NCBI GenBank assembly: GCA_001949185.1
Contig: BDGG01000003.1
Span: forward strand, 5,143,092-5,207,091
DNA from: Ramazzottius varieornatus
Lineage: Eukaryota > Animalia > Tardigrada
Length of the DNA stretch: 64,000 bases
Reading direction: 5' to 3'
Position 1 is the first letter of the stretch. Each line of letters opens with the position of its first letter. The notes beneath the pieces were generated by a model. It did no database searches. It was not told where the DNA came from and was given only the letters and a program-made list of their open reading frames with translations. The position numbers and the translations under genes are program-made. Shown one piece after another: positions 1 through 13,569 of the stretch.

Positions 1-1511
1 ACCACGGCCACCAAATCGTACAGCTTCTCTGGGTTCAAACAGTCATTGGAAGTGTTGAAAAGCCTCAGTTCCAACGGGAAGACTACTCGGTAGGACAGTT
101 TAGTGTAGCGACTCAACTGGTCGACATATTTGAACCTCTTGAGGTGTATGGCAAGTATCTTAGGAAGCTTCTTCAAGCGCATACACTTGGTGGCTTCCTG
201 TTTGGCACAACATGTCTCGCAGAAGTACTTCTGTTCACTTGATAGCGTCTCTGTGCTACTAAAACCTCGTAAACACGCTGATAAAGAGGTATGTTGATCA
301 ATGTCGACGGACAGGTCGAGAAAGTCCTCGTCTTTACTGCTGACGGTCTCGCAGTTTAGACACTTGGTTTCGTTGGTTAACGTGCCTTGAAAGATTTCAT
401 GGATCCAGGTCAGGTCGACCTTCTCACCGTTGGAGTTGAGTCCGCCGTTGCGGAACTCTACGGCTGGAAGGGGCTTGGATGGCGCTGAAGTACCGTTGGG
501 CGAATTCAGACCGGCTTTTTCCGCTTGAAGAGTATCACCTACAAGGTCCAATAATAACATAATCAGTAAAACATCCTAAAAGATTGAGAAAGTGAGATCA
601 TGTGAATAAAACATTAATACGTTGGAACCCTTCACACACCTGCATACCGCAAACGGCACTGTTAGACGTACTATCGTGTACGCAGGTCTGGGCAGTGAGC
701 TCACTTTCCCGCACCTGCATACCCAAACTTATTGTCCGATGTACTGCTGACGTGCGATGTACTGCTACAATGTACGTGCGATGTACTGTCCGATGTACAG
801 TACTGCTACGCAGGAGTGCGTAAGTGAATACAATACGCACACCTGCTAACAGGCGACCCATGGTTTCTATGCGGGTTAGAGTATGCAGGTGGCCGGAAAG
901 CTGGCACATTCTGTTCACAACGTACCGATGTAATTTAGGAGGTAGTTTAGAAATTCATGAGCGTCTTGCTGCATGAAATTATCGAAAGCTTCGTTCTCTT
1001 TGCGTAGTCGAGCGATGAATTTCTTTGGTGCGATAGTGCCCAGTTTCTTCTTCTGGCTGACGATGTTGAAGAACAGGTCGGACAAGCAACTCAGGAGGTT
1101 CTCTTTCGCTCTTTTATTCTCCACTCTGTACTGCAGGACTCTTTCGCGGAAGGGCCGACAGAAGTACAGAGCTTGCAGAACTGAGTTGCAGTAGCAGGTA
1201 TTGCCGAAGTTAACCTGCAGAGAGAAGAAAAGTCACTTAACCCACTTTGAATCAATCCACAGTCCGATGAACGAAACTATCGTGCCCTCCCCAAACACGC
1301 CCATGACGTCACAGCGGAGCCATGCAATATAACGTAGGCAAGCAGGCACCACACATGTAAACCAAGACGTCACTGCGTGAGTGAAGCTAGGACTTTATAT
1401 TCCACTCACCAGACCGTAATAACGTTCATTGGCGGAGATGGGTTCTGCTCCCAGCTCTTTCTCCAGCTGCGAAGCGTTGTTGCCCATCCCCAGCTTCTTG
1501 AGCCTGAACAT
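1..1511 (-). CDS. USP46: Ubiquitin carboxyl-terminal hydrolase USP12/USP46-like (3' end runs off the window)
   Basis: Exons 1511-1410, 1214-926 and 538-<1 with GT..AG introns. Translation: [21 protein letters not shown]...YYGL|[19 protein letters not shown] (Cys box)...[13 protein letters not shown]...[21 protein letters not shown]...LAIHLKRF...YDLVAVV, typical of USP12/46. Confidence 0.95.
735..810. repeat. Short tandem repeat (cgatgtactgct-like units) in USP12/46 intron 2
   Basis: Repeated 'cgatgtactg/cgatgtac' units are visible directly. Confidence 0.7.
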
Positions 1512-2543
1512 TAACCCCTTGGAAGCTATTTTGACGGCCTGGAGAAAATACGGAATGACAAAAGACCAAGGACGAAGCTCTAGCTGCGCTGCGACGAAAT
1601 ATTCACTGGTCAGATTTCAAATGCTCTTTTGAATCATGTCAGTCAAGACTTTCGGGACATTACGGAGCCATAAACGTAACAGCTGCAACTGGGTGAAATT
1701 CTAAATCGATATCGAAGAGGAGGATTAAACAAGTGGAGCAGAAGGCATCACCATTCACCACAGGTGGGAATCAAGCTGGCCAGGCCTCAACAAACATCCG
1801 TAAAGAACATACAGCCGGAAGGAGGCGATTGCCCGTAATCACAAAGTAGAGCGGGCATGTTGCGGTGGGATCGCGGAAGGAGAAATCGATATGACAACTT
1901 CGCGACAAGGGAAACAAAATCGTCCATAATCCATTCCTTTCTTCTGCTTGTCTTATCGCTTTTGAATGAAAGAAAAGTTATGACCTCATCCGTCATCATG
2001 ATTCATGATGCCGGATTTCAATTTTCAAGGCAAACTTTCTAATTGTTACCCGCCCGTGAACTATTCAGCCTCTCCGCGCCGGGCCCCTGCGGCTTCGAGC
2101 AACGATGAAGGTGACCTTCTGTCCTTTGGGGGGAATTCTCAACGTTACCGCAGCAGTGTAGGCGTCATCGTGTTACCTATCCGCATGTATTAAGCAAGTA
2201 CTATTGCACATGAAACCGTTGATCTCATGCGCAAGTTGGGAAGTTTTCCAACCGCTGCTTGAAAGGGCTCTGTTTGCTGTTGCGTTGTTCCATTGATCAG
2301 CAGATTGGACAGAATGGATGTTGCTGTTTCTCGACCAGCTGACAGTGATTCACTCAGTGATAGCATCGACGCATCGGCCCATTCATTTCTGGTTGGCAGT
2401 CCCATTTTGTGACTTGAAGTGTTTCAAGTTGTTCGGAGGATGCAACTTTGAAGGTAGGATCCGGCTATTTCTACAGAATAAGGAGTGAACGTTAGTAGAG
2501 AAATCCTGAAGATTCGTCGGACGGAAGATCTACCGAAGGCACA

Positions 2544-5500
2544 ATGGATCAGCAAACGGGACAACCGAGCGAGCAGGAAATCCAAAGTAAGTGTCGTCGT
2601 GTCAAACTGCAGCCAGATATCTTCAGCATCTGAAGTTCACCTCTGTTTTTTCCCAGAGATCATCTTCGCTTTGGTGGAGGCTGAATCGGACAAGGAGAAG
2701 GACGAGCAAGTGCGCAGTCAGCTGGCCACGTCCACCTATGCCATCGGCGTACGCCATCACAGACAAGCCCTTCTCGCTCTTCTGGCATTTTACAGGCAAC
2801 CGGTACCGTAAACCTCTCACTTCTTCCGAATCTGTGTCAGCGAAAATTCGCTATAGATCTCAGAGGAATTTGTTGGAATGGCGGAATATTTTCAGACATG
2901 TACGAAGCTTCAGAAAATGCTGATACTGTTGTCCATCAATGCTATCATTGACCACGACGAAGTCCTGTCCAACATGGACCAAGAATTGTCTATCCAGATT
3001 ATCCAAGCGGCAGTGGACGCAGTCGTAGACAAGGTAAGACGTGTCTGCAACGAAAAAGAGAACTGGGAGCTCTGCGAAGGAACTCCACACGATTACTTTC
3101 CGACGTGGCGCATGTTTGCAGTGTTGTTGTTCGGAAACGTGCGCCACTTGGGAAATACATTCAGTGGTCGAGTGCAATGGTTTCCGAAGTGGTGCACGTT
3201 TTCAGGATAATGGGCTGAAAACGCGCGCCACTTGGACAAATGATCTTGCCGAGTTTGCTTGCTTAGGTTTTGCAAACTCCAACTGTACAAGTATGGCTGT
3301 TGTGGTTCTAGGAGATGGTCGAAATCGGGAGTGATATCTTGGTGACGATGAGCCGCAGTCACTGCATCGAAGTGATGAAACAGATGCTGAACCTCTTCCA
3401 ACCCGGCCACCTTCCAGCTCCCTTCACATTCCAAACGTTCGGGCGTATCTTCTCGACCAACGTCAACGATTCCATACCGTTTCTCAGCGCGGTCTTGAGC
3501 ATGACGGTACCGTTGTTGGGCGAAGCCAAGTCCGACGCACTGAAACGCTCTATAGCTGGAGGTAGGTTCATCTGATTGTAAGTAAATTTCTTCTGATTGC
3601 AGTCGAGATGGTTTCTTGCGTTTAGCGGTGTCGCAGTTTGGGGAAGCCATCCTGGAGTACGCTGCGAACGAGTCGGACAACCCGGAACCTAGCGTCAAAG
3701 TCAGCTTCTTTCAACACGACTTCAACGCCATTTTCGAACATATTCTTCTCCACTGGATGCCGAAAATTCGCGATGCCGAGCAAGCGGCTTACATGATCCA
3801 TGCGCTGAGCTGTCTGGCGAAAGTGGTGTCCAAGGACAAGCTTCAAGAACTTGTAGGTATTTTCTTCGTGTACCGAAACAAATTTTTGATTTCTGAGGTG
3901 ATTTCTGCAGGCAGATAAGTTGTTGGGAACGGCCATCGCGATAGCGCGTCGCCATCCTCATGAATCCAGTGCTTCCGAAGGCCTGGCCATCGTGCTGGAG
4001 AACGCAGCTTCGAACGCCAAAAGTACGTTGGAACCGCAGCTGGACCAACTGATCGATGTCATATTTGCTCAAGTAAGGCGATGCTTTTTTGTACGTACAC
4101 TATAGTGTAATGCTGTGCGTAGGTAGGTGACGGAATGTTCTTTCAGGCATGTCTTCCTCCCGATTATTCAAAGCCTTTCGCCGTCAAGTCCCACAACGAA
4201 CTTCTCCGCTGCTTCAACATACTTTACCTGAACTTCCCCGATCGCATCTTCCAGTTTCTTCTGAGCAAACTCAGCCCCAACGTCCTGAAGTCCACCGTCA
4301 GCAAGGATGCCAATGACCGCTCGGTGGTCGGCGCTTTGACTATTATCAACAAGCTGGTCAACCAACAAGGTATACCATTGTATCCAATATCTGAAAGGTC
4401 GGCAAACGACACGGAAGAGGGCGTCATCTCAAGTGGCGCACGTCTTCGTCGTTGTTAGCTGGAAGCGTGGGCCGCCTGATATAATGGCACCGTAACTGGT
4501 GCATCCTACCGACCAATAACAATGGAGGCGTGCGCCATTTGCACTGCCGTTATCTCAAGTGGCGCACGCTTCTATGTTACTGGATGGACATCTGCGCCAC
4601 TTGAAATGCAATTTTGCATGTTTCGTTTACCGGCCTTTATTCAGTGTTCGCCCGATCTTTATTGTGTTCTCTTGTTTTCAGATATTAGTTTTTCGTTCTA
4701 CTTGGTGTCGTTGCTCAAGTCGCTCGAGCCTGTCGTTACACCAAGTCCAACCATCCCGCTGTCGAACAATGTGAAGCAGTCCGTCGCTCAGCTGATCCTG
4801 ACGCTAGCCGATCGATTGTACCTGACCGAAGAAAACTCGGGTCAGCTGGTCGAGTTTATTATTCGGCAGTGTTCGCTCCCGGCGACCAACATTCCCCGCT
4901 CGCCTTCCGGTTTGGACTCCGTCACTGATGAGTCACTCCGCGCTTCCTGCGAGAACGTCCTGCACCTTCTGACCACCACGGTGCATGGCATGGAGAAGAT
5001 TCTCTTGCCCAGCCTCTTCGACTATCTCGGTAATTAAGGCATGGAGTTTGAAAACAGCGAAAAAGTGCATCACTTACACAGTCACCATCTTGAGTGGCGC
5101 ATGCTCTCAGCCAATAAAAATTAAGACATGCGCCACTTGACATGACGAATTTGCACGTTTCGTCTGGCGGCCTCCCATTTGTCAGTTTTTTCATACTTAG
5201 TCAATTTCACAGATTTTTTTCGTAGTTATGTGGCAGTATACGGAGTCTGTGAGGACTGTCTCGAAGTGTCTCGTTCACCTCAGCACTAAACAAGACATTT
5301 TCGCTACGTTGAATGCGGCAGGAAGTACGCGAAGGAGTCCGACCTTGGTGGAGCTCTTCACGAGGCTGACCGTGCTAGCGGGCTTCGTCTGGGAGAAGCC
5401 GGACGGGGACTCGCTATTGTCTCTCTTGCAGCTGGTTAGTGGCAGGATGTCAGCGGCCATCAAGGAAATGTGGGATGGTACACTGGGGGAACTTGGAAAG

Positions 5501-8500
5501 TTTTTGACGAAAGCCATGGATTCACCTGGCGGTGAATGGGACTCGAAAGCCTGGGAAGACTCCCTAATCAAAGTATGAAATACAGCCTAGAAAAAATTTA
5601 GATTAGCTCTGATATGAAGTTTCGGTGAAGAACAGGAATAGTTTTTATCCGATACCGTTTTCCAAAGTGGCGCACGATCACAGTGCTGTTGACTGAAAGT
5701 GTGCGCCACTTGGAGAGACGATGTTGTCAAGTCTTATTGCCGAGCTCCAAGATTGAATTTTGAATTCAGGAATATTGTATCTGAGATGGTCCTTGTTTTT
5801 CCCAGCTTCTTCAAACAACTCTTCGGGATCTGAAGACGGTCGAGCCCGACCTAGTCCACCGCATCGCCGAGTCCTTCGCTTTGCAGATCCCACTCTACAC
5901 CGACTCGCCCAACGAGAAGGCCTTCCTGTACCTGTGCCTTGGTTCCACCCTCGAAGTCTCCAGCGACCCTCTGATCGTCAACAAAGCCCTCGACTCCATC
6001 TTCAACTCGGTCAACCATACCAAGATCGTCGAGCGCCAGGCCTGCGGTATCGGCATCGGGCGCGCCTGCTCGTCCCATTTCGAGCTGATCCTCAGCAAGC
6101 TCGACGCTTTCGCTCTAACCGACAAACCCGGCAAGAGGTCCAGCTTTCTTAGCATGTTCTCCAGTAAAGAGAAGATTGAGTCGGTAGATTCTGAACGAGC
6201 TAAAGCGACGATCGTGCTGTGTTATGGTTACGCAGTAGCCGGTGCTCCGAAAGCCCTACTCTTAGCTAAAGTAGACGATATCCTGCGCTCAGTCATGCCT
6301 TTCTTCGTGGGTGTGAAAGACTTCTCGATCAAGCATTCGCTGTGTCGGTTCGTGGAGATGCTGGCCAAGGCTACGAAGGACACGAACTCGGGGCTGGATA
6401 AGAGGCCGAATTTGCTGTTTCACATGAAGGACTTTGTTAAGTCAGAGTCGACTGAACTGAGATCGTCGGTGAGGGCGTTGGCCATTACGGCGGCGTCGGA
6501 GCTGGTCTTGTTGTCTCCGAAGATGCCGGTAGAAGAAATGGAGGATGCGTTGGTTCTGTTTTCGAATAGCGTGTTTCCGCTGCTGCCACCCAGACATGAT
6601 CAAGCGACCAATCTGACGATCGAAGCGGCGAACACTGCTTACTTAAATTACGAGGTGAAATAATATTTTTCGTTCGTTCCGTTTGAAAAAATTAACTGAA
6701 AAATGAAATTCTGATAAATCCAACCCTGCAAATTTGTTTTTTTCAAGTGGCGCACCCACTCAGTGTTATTGGCCTGTAGCATGCGTCACTTGGAACAGGG
6801 ATCGGGTCGAGTTTGACTGTTACTGTATTACCTCTAAGGTTTCGCGCAGTCACGTGAGCGTGCGCCACTTGAAGGACTTTGAGGGACTTTGATGAGGGAC
6901 TTTGATGACATGAAGGACTTTGATCCCAAGTGGCTCACCGTTCCAGTGTTATCTGCTGGAAGCGTGCGCCGCTCTGAGAAACGTTCTTGTCTGGTCTGCT
7001 TGCTGAGTTCGCCCTTGAAGTATAAAATCAACGTCAATTACAATAAGCAGAAAATGAGAGAAAATGCTTCGTAAAACTGGAAATAAAAAACTGTAATTTT
7101 AAAACAGGTTTTTGTTTCTGGTTTCATTTTTTTCCGGTCTTCAGGTGTTGTGGGAAGCGACTGTCAAAGCACTGTCAGAATTTATGGTGACGATCCTGAA
7201 GGTGCACCGAAGTTCGGAAGCTATGCAAGCCATCATCAAGAACCTCAAGCCGTGGTTGGAGTCTGATTCTGACCACGAAAGACATCACGCATTGCAGATG
7301 TTGAACAACGTTCTCGGAAGCGACGTGGTGACGGAGAACGTCGTGGCTTCAATACTGGGGAGCACTGCTGGCATCATTGCCACCAAAGCCATGGACCCCG
7401 ATGTTCGGTGCCGCGAAATGGCACTGAGCTGCACGAAACTTCTGTCTGCGGTCGTTTCCGGTAATAACACACCCAGAAACTTCAGAACCTGCATAGACTG
7501 GATTTCAAAATATAGAGAGTCGGCTAACAGCTTTGTTAAGATTTTCATCTCAAGTGGCGCAAGTTCTTTCTGCTATAGGCCGAGAGCGTGCGCCACTTGA
7601 AAAACGATCTCGAGACTCGAAAAGATTGATTTGCCAAGTGGCGCATGTTCGCAGTGATATTTGCTGGAAGCGTGCGTCACTTGGGAAAACAGTTTGGGTT
7701 GATCTGTTCGCCAAATCTGTTTATTTTATATAAAGTCGTTCCAGGTGGGAAGAACGCATCCGACCTTCCATCAGTGGATATGCCCAGTCCCTCTCACGCC
7801 AAGAACAACCTCTCAAGTTACGCTCTAGCTGTCTCGACCTTCTACAACCAGATGTTGGACGAGGACCAACTGACCAAGTTTGTCCGGCAGCTGTACTACC
7901 AAGGCCTGTTAGAGAAGCGAGCAGTAACTGCTGCGGGGACCGGCGCTGTCCTGCAGACTACACTGAAGGGTAAATGGCCAGTACTGAAAGAACACGGACC
8001 CGAGATCGTGGGGGGACTCCTGTACGCTCTGAAGTACGTCAAGGACCCTTCCACCAAAGTCGCAGTCGAGCGATGTGTCCACACCATTGCCGAACACGAC
8101 ACGGACCTGGTCGCGAGGATCTTACTGAATCAACCTGTACCACTTCACCAGTAAGCCCACTAGCTTCGAAAACCTGCTGATTTTGATTGAATGGCACACG
8201 CTTGCAGCTAGTGACATCGTAAACGTGCGCCACTTGTGGAAGCAATTAAACTCGACAGGATGTTCATCTGAGTGGCGCACTCTTTCAGCCAATGCCACCG
8301 GAAATGTGCGGCACTCGGGGAAAACAATCTTCTCGAGTTTGTTTGCTGAGCCCCGAAAGCAGAGATTTCGCTTGAAATGTAGTCTACAAACTGATTCGGA
8401 AATTGAAATTTATTTCGAAGTAATTCTGGTGTCTTTTAAAATTTTTCAGGTCGACAGCGGATCTGTGGCGGTCTCTCGGTTCGGTTCCCTCTTTCGCCCT

Positions 8501-10066
8501 TATTCTTCTCCTGCACTGCATCGAGGCTCTTCGGACAACGCCGCCTTACTCCGAGGTCCACGCCCACGCACGCATCGTCAATCTACCCATCCTGCAGTCG
8601 CTCAGCGTTCTCACCGAACTCTTCCAGGCCACGGGAAACACCGAACTCCTGCAGGCCAACTTTGCCGATCTGGCCTCCATTCTCCTCGTCATAACAGCCA
8701 CCATGGTGGGCGCACAGACAACGCGTCCTCCACAAGCGGCTAGCACCACCGAACAGACGGCTGTCGACTCCGAATGGAAGGTAAATGACAACGCTTAAGC
8801 GAAAAGCAGGAAAAAAATCCGGAGACATAAATCATGAAACTAAAAATTGTTAGAAATTGTTAAGTTGTTAGAAATTAGACTAAACTGTAGAACAAAGTGT
8901 ACTACAATATGGAGTAGGTTCGGTTAATTTTTGGTGATTTTGTTGCAGCAGGTGTATAAGCTTCAGCCGTCCAAAGTGGCCATCGGTACTCTGAAAGAGC
9001 TTCTGAAGAACACAAACTGTGTCGTGCCGATCTCCTTCGAGATGATGGAAGACACGACCATGTATGCCGAAGGTCTTCATGTCACGGCCAAGTGTATTTT
9101 CCAGTCGTCAAACATCAACACCAAGAAAGTCATGGAGAACCTAACCGGGTACCTGAACAGCGACATCGAAGCTCAACGCGCGGTCGCAGCTGCCAGTCTA
9201 TCTGCGGTAAGATGAACCGAAATGTAGTATCTGGCAGCTCGGCGAACAACCCGACAAGGTTGTTTTCCGGGTAGCGCACTCCTTCAGCTACCATCACTGA
9301 GAATGTGCGCCGCTTGAGGAGCAGGCTTGTCGAGCTTTCATTGCTTCGCCTTCCTTGCGGAACTTCCGGCTTTCATTCGTTTTGTTGCTGTGCTTGCAGA
9401 TGCTTGAAAGCAAAAAGCCAGAGAAACCAGCGGCCGTTACGGAGATCGTCGGTCATCTGGCCGCGAAGAACTCCGACCAATCGGCTATAGTACGCATATT
9501 CTGCATACGTGGACTTGGGAGTCTTGTCAACTTCGGCCCAGAAATCGTAAGTGCAATTTTGTCGAAAAACTTCGAATCTAATTTCCCGTCTCCGAAGTCT
9601 GTTGTGCACTTAGGTGAATATTCACGCGGATAGTGTGATAAAGGTCATCCTCTCCGGTCTGGAANNNNNNNNNNNNNNNNNNNNNNNNNNNNNNNNNNNN
9701 NNNNNNNNNNNNNNGATATGCAGTTGTCTGGTAAATAAAATGAGTCGTGTGGTTGTTTGACATATTGAGCAGTAAAGGTCTTGGCACAACGACTTCGTTC
9801 GACAGGGAAGTGAGTACGCGGAGAAGATTCCCATGTATCTCAACCTGGTGATTGGGTACTTCCGGTCGGAAAGTGCCACGCTGAGGGCGAATGCTGCGCT
9901 GTTGGCCGGTAATCTGCTGGCCCAAGCTTCCAACTCAGCGAACCCTGACACGGTTCCCAGTCATGTCTCGCCGGCTGTCATACACTTGCTGGCTGACAAA
10001 GAACCGATGGTCAGACTAAGAGCGGCGGAAGCATTGGGGTTGATGTATCAGAAGGCCAGCCACTGA
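2544..10066 (+). CDS. MROH1: Maestro heat-like repeat protein (MROH1/HEATR7A-like), about 16-17 exons, with an assembly gap near the 3' end
   Basis: ATG at 2544 and spliceable exons (e.g. 2657-2801, 2897-3033, 3312-3561, 4147-4369, 4682-5029, 5226-5572, 5806-6654, 7145-7460, 7746-8150, 8450-8780, 9400-9546, last exon ending TGA 10066). Motifs KSHNELLRCF, VTDESLRASCENVLHLLTTTV and ATIVLCYGYAVAGAP, plus C-terminal HEAT repeats (LLADKEPMVRLRAAEALG), match the MROH1 family. Confidence 0.85.
6870..6925. repeat. Short tandem repeat (gaaggactttga/gggactttgat) in a MROH1 intron
   Basis: Four imperfect 'ggactttga' units. Confidence 0.7.
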
Positions 10067-11261
10067 ACGTGCGTTTTTATTCTTCGACGGCCATTGTTTT
10101 CTATTCATTTCATTGCTTGATTGTGATCATCTTTTTCAACTTTCTTCCGTCTCTGAGCTTTTCATTCTCTTCCCTTGTATGTGCCGCTTGCAGTTTTGAT
10201 GAAGAGTTTCGGTACTGTGCGATTGATAGTCGTCTGGCATTGCTACATCGAAGACGCTTCTTTTATTACTAGCTAGTTGGGCCAAAAACTGAGAATACTA
10301 ATCGAAGGTACTTTGAAACATGAAGGTGGAAGGGTGCACGGGCTTGGCTATTCTCTAAAGCTTTATTTTTCGACGTTGCAAGTCTGTTTGTCGTTCTCGG
10401 ATCCTGGTGCCGCTGGTATTTTGTATGTAATCAATCAACAAGCAGCAATCAACTGCCGTATTCAGATGACGTCATCGCGGCCTGGCTTCGCAACGATTGA
10501 TTTGGTATTGATTGCTCAGCTTCATCTTCATAATGTTGTGGTTTTCATTTGGGGATTGGGATTTTGGGATTTGATTTCTGAATCGTTTCTGCGCACCTTT
10601 TTGTCTGATTCTCCATACCAAACTGTAGACTTCGCTGTAGCGATCGATCGTAGTCTGCTTCCTGCCTTATAGGTTGCGGATTAGGTATTGAAGATATACT
10701 TCAACAGCTTGAAAGAGGCGAATACTATTTCGCCTGGTTTTGTACTATCATAGTCACTGATTCTCTGCCGATCCTTACCAAGCAGCGGTGGACGGGTGAT
10801 TTATTCAGTGAATTGTCCAAAACACGTAACGGCTTCGCAGCCTCAAACGCAGCTCAGTTTTGGAACGGCAATCAGTCGATCGTTTTTTTTCATTTGAAAA
10901 ATACCGTTCCGAATGTTGTTCGAACACCGAGTTTCCAGTTCAGTAGAGGTGAAATTCGCTTACTAATGACAAAAACTGCCCGTTGTACCGGTTCTTGACA
11001 GGTCGTAGGTGGCTGTTCCGTGAGTTTCGATATTAGGCTGAATATATCATCCGTTCACCGCTCTTACCAAGTAGTCTTTTGTTCCTTTCTACTAAAGTTG
11101 CAGCAGTGGTTCAGTAAACGGAACGTTAAAGGGTTTTTCGACTTGTTTGCCACTCTACGATGTATTGTATTAATAGAAACACACATATCTAGGAACGACT
11201 TCGCCGTGGTCTGGGACGAGATTCCAGTACTTACGGCATGAAATCTCTATATAGCGAAGAT

Positions 11262-11885
11262 TCACCGAATAACCGTAGCGTTTGACCACAGAAGCTGGTC
11301 TTTTGACACAGGGATGAGGGTTTCATTGTCATCGATGACGTCTGGATGGCGCCTCCTGTTGTGATGAGAGGAGTGAACGAAGAGGAAGTTCCGTCTCGTA
11401 CGTAGCATTTGGTAGAAGAAGTCGGGGTTGAACTTCAATCATCCGCGGGAGTTGTAGACGGTGGTGGCAGTATTGTAGACGTACCGGGCCAGGCCGTTTT
11501 GACTAACACGATGGTCAATGTGGTAGGCTTCGATCAACACCAGCTCGGTTAGAATGTCGAACGGGTTAGACGAAAATCCTTGCTGACAGCCGACGTCCTC
11601 ACCACCACACATGCACCTGAACAGGCCATCTCCATCGCAAAACGCTTCGTCTTCTCCTCTAACGAAATAACTGCCATGTGTGTGACGCGATTCTTGACGG
11701 TCAGCAGTTTCAAGCACCTCCTCGATCAAGGGCTCAACGACGGCTTTGAAGATGGCTGGGTCGATACGATCTGGACGTCGGCATTTCTTCCCACCACTGG
11801 GAGGTGGCTTGTTCCATTCCTCTAGTGTTCGGGCGAAGTTATCTCTGTATCGTTTGACTTGCTTGCTAGCGTTCTCCGCAAGGAC
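11262..11885 (-). pseudogene. CAD/DFF40 (DFFB)-like nuclease-domain exon, one in-frame TGA, 5' exons missing
   Basis: After a ttttctag acceptor the frame reads VLAENASKQVKRY...HGSYFVRGEDEAFCDGDGLFRCMCGGEDVGCQQGFSSNPF...YHIDHRVSQ...NSRG*LKFNPDFFYQMLRTRRNFLFVHSSHHNRRRHPD. This is collinear with vertebrate CAD (GSYFDRG..LCTPEGWFSCQG..C...INPY..WNLDHIIE..YFYGLLFTSENLKLVHIVCHKKTTH). The stop is at 11439-11441. Confidence 0.78.
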
Positions 11886-11989
11886 CTAGAAAACCATGTT
11901 CACGTTTTGACAAATGAAATGGCTCAGCAGAATTGAAACCACAGATGCATAACACGACCCATCATGCTCAGTACTTACAGCGCGCTTTG

Positions 11990-12548
11990 ATAACACACCC
12001 AGAAAACTTCCGAACCTGCATAGACTTGATTTCAAAATATGGAGGGTTGCCCAACATGCGTTTGGATTGTCTCCTCGAGTGGCGCAAGTTTCTTTTGTTA
12101 TTGACCAAGAGCGTGCGCCACTTGAAAAACGATCTCGAGACTCGAAAAGATTGGTTTCCCAAGTGGCGCATGCTCGCAGTGGTAATGGCTGGAACCGTGC
12201 GTCACTTGGCGAAACGATTTGAGTGAATCTGTCCGCCAAATCTGTATATTTCATAGAGTCGTTCCAGGTGGGAAGAACGCATCCGACCTTCCACCAGTGG
12301 ACATGCCCAGTCCCTCTCACGCCAAGAACAACCTTTCAGGTTACGCTCTAGCTGTCTCGCCCTAATTCTTCTGCGTTGCATCGAGGTTCTTCGGACAACG
12401 CCGCCTTACTCCGAGGTCCACGCCCACGCACGCATCGTCAATCTACCCATCCTGCAGTCGCTCAGCGTTCTCACTGAGCTCTTCCATGCCACGGGAAACA
12501 CCGAGCTCCTGCAAGCCAACTTTGCCGACCTGGCCCCCCTTCTCCTGG
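11990..12548 (+). pseudogene. Duplicated MROH1 fragment (copy of ~7465-7837 fused to ~8495-8685)
   Basis: Near-identical text, e.g. 'gtcgttccaggtgggaagaacgcatccgaccttcc' and 'cttcggacaacgccgccttactccgaggtccacgcccacgcacgcatcgtc'. It includes the intron with both dyads. Confidence 0.92.
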
Positions 12549-13569
12549 GCGGCCCAGGTCGCATACGCTGTTAAAAGTTCACAATGATTCGAAACTCGAA
12601 GAGTAGCATTCATGGTCGCGTCTGGTAAACATTGCTACATCGAAGACGCCTTTTTTTATCGTAACTCCAAATACTGATCAAAGGTACTTTGAAACATGAA
12701 GGTGACAAGATGCAGGGCGTGGCGGTTCTTTGGAGTTTTGTTCTTCGACGTTTGAAGTCCCTCTGTCGTTCTCGAATCCTGCTACCGCTGGTACCTTGTA
12801 TGCCATCAATCAGAGGTTGCTGGAGAGGTCACAAAGTGGCATGAAAATAGGTCCACCACAACTTGACCTCTTTGACTCAGGGTTTAACAATTAGGCCACA
12901 TTACTGCACGGAACATGATTGTTATTCTTAGTGGCGCACACTTGCGATTAATAACACTGGAAAAGGGCGCCACTTGAGATGACGACCATGTTCGGTTCAT
13001 TTGCCGCCGCTACGTTTATCTTTGTCAAACATCAAATCATAGATGTGGTTCTTGTCTTGTTGTAGACTCTATCTATGACCAATCCGCACCTGCTTGCTTT
13101 GCGTCTTGGTGATCCTGTTACGATGAGTGACATAATCGATATGCAACTTGGTATTGACCAGATACTCAAGGAGCTGGAACGAGACGAATACTATTTTGCA
13201 AAATTGGTTAATCATCTAAAGAACGTCGAGAGTAGTCGCTTTCTCTACTGTACTGCCTAATTTTTGATTTAGAACCGTTTGTCACGGTTCGAATGGCTTC
13301 AGCCAATACAGTGTATACGCTCGGGAGATGATAGCTCGGCAAACAAACACGACCGGATCGCTTTCACAAGTGGCGCACGTTTCTAGTGTTGGGGGCTGAA
13401 AGCGTGCGCCACTAGGAAAGCCGATCTGGTTGAGCTTGTTAGCCGAACTCGCAAATATCTTCCGTAGTTTCTTCCATTCAAATAAAGATGTCACTTGCGA
13501 GAAAAGGTATTTCATTCGAGGCCACAGTTTAGCATCGAGAAACATTTCAGATCGTGCTGCTCGAGAGAA

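Noticed and set aside
3097-3240. Tandem hairpins as intronic H/ACA snoRNAs
   Set aside because: There is no consistent ANANNA hinge or ACA tail, no pseudouridylation pockets, and the core occurs in both orientations.
3097-9320. Dyads as a CRISPR array or integron attC sites
   Set aside because: The context is eukaryotic and intronic, the copies are dispersed, and no cas or integrase genes are present.
11439-11441. In-frame TGA as selenocysteine or programmed readthrough
   Set aside because: The position is not a Cys-aligned site, no SECIS was recognized, and the 5' exons are missing. A nonsense mutation is the simpler explanation.
11933-12226. Recurrent peptide WRxxxxxxxxxVRHL in many ORFs as a protein repeat
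   Set aside because: It is only the translation of the intronic DNA dyad, whose 27-nt spacer preserves frame.
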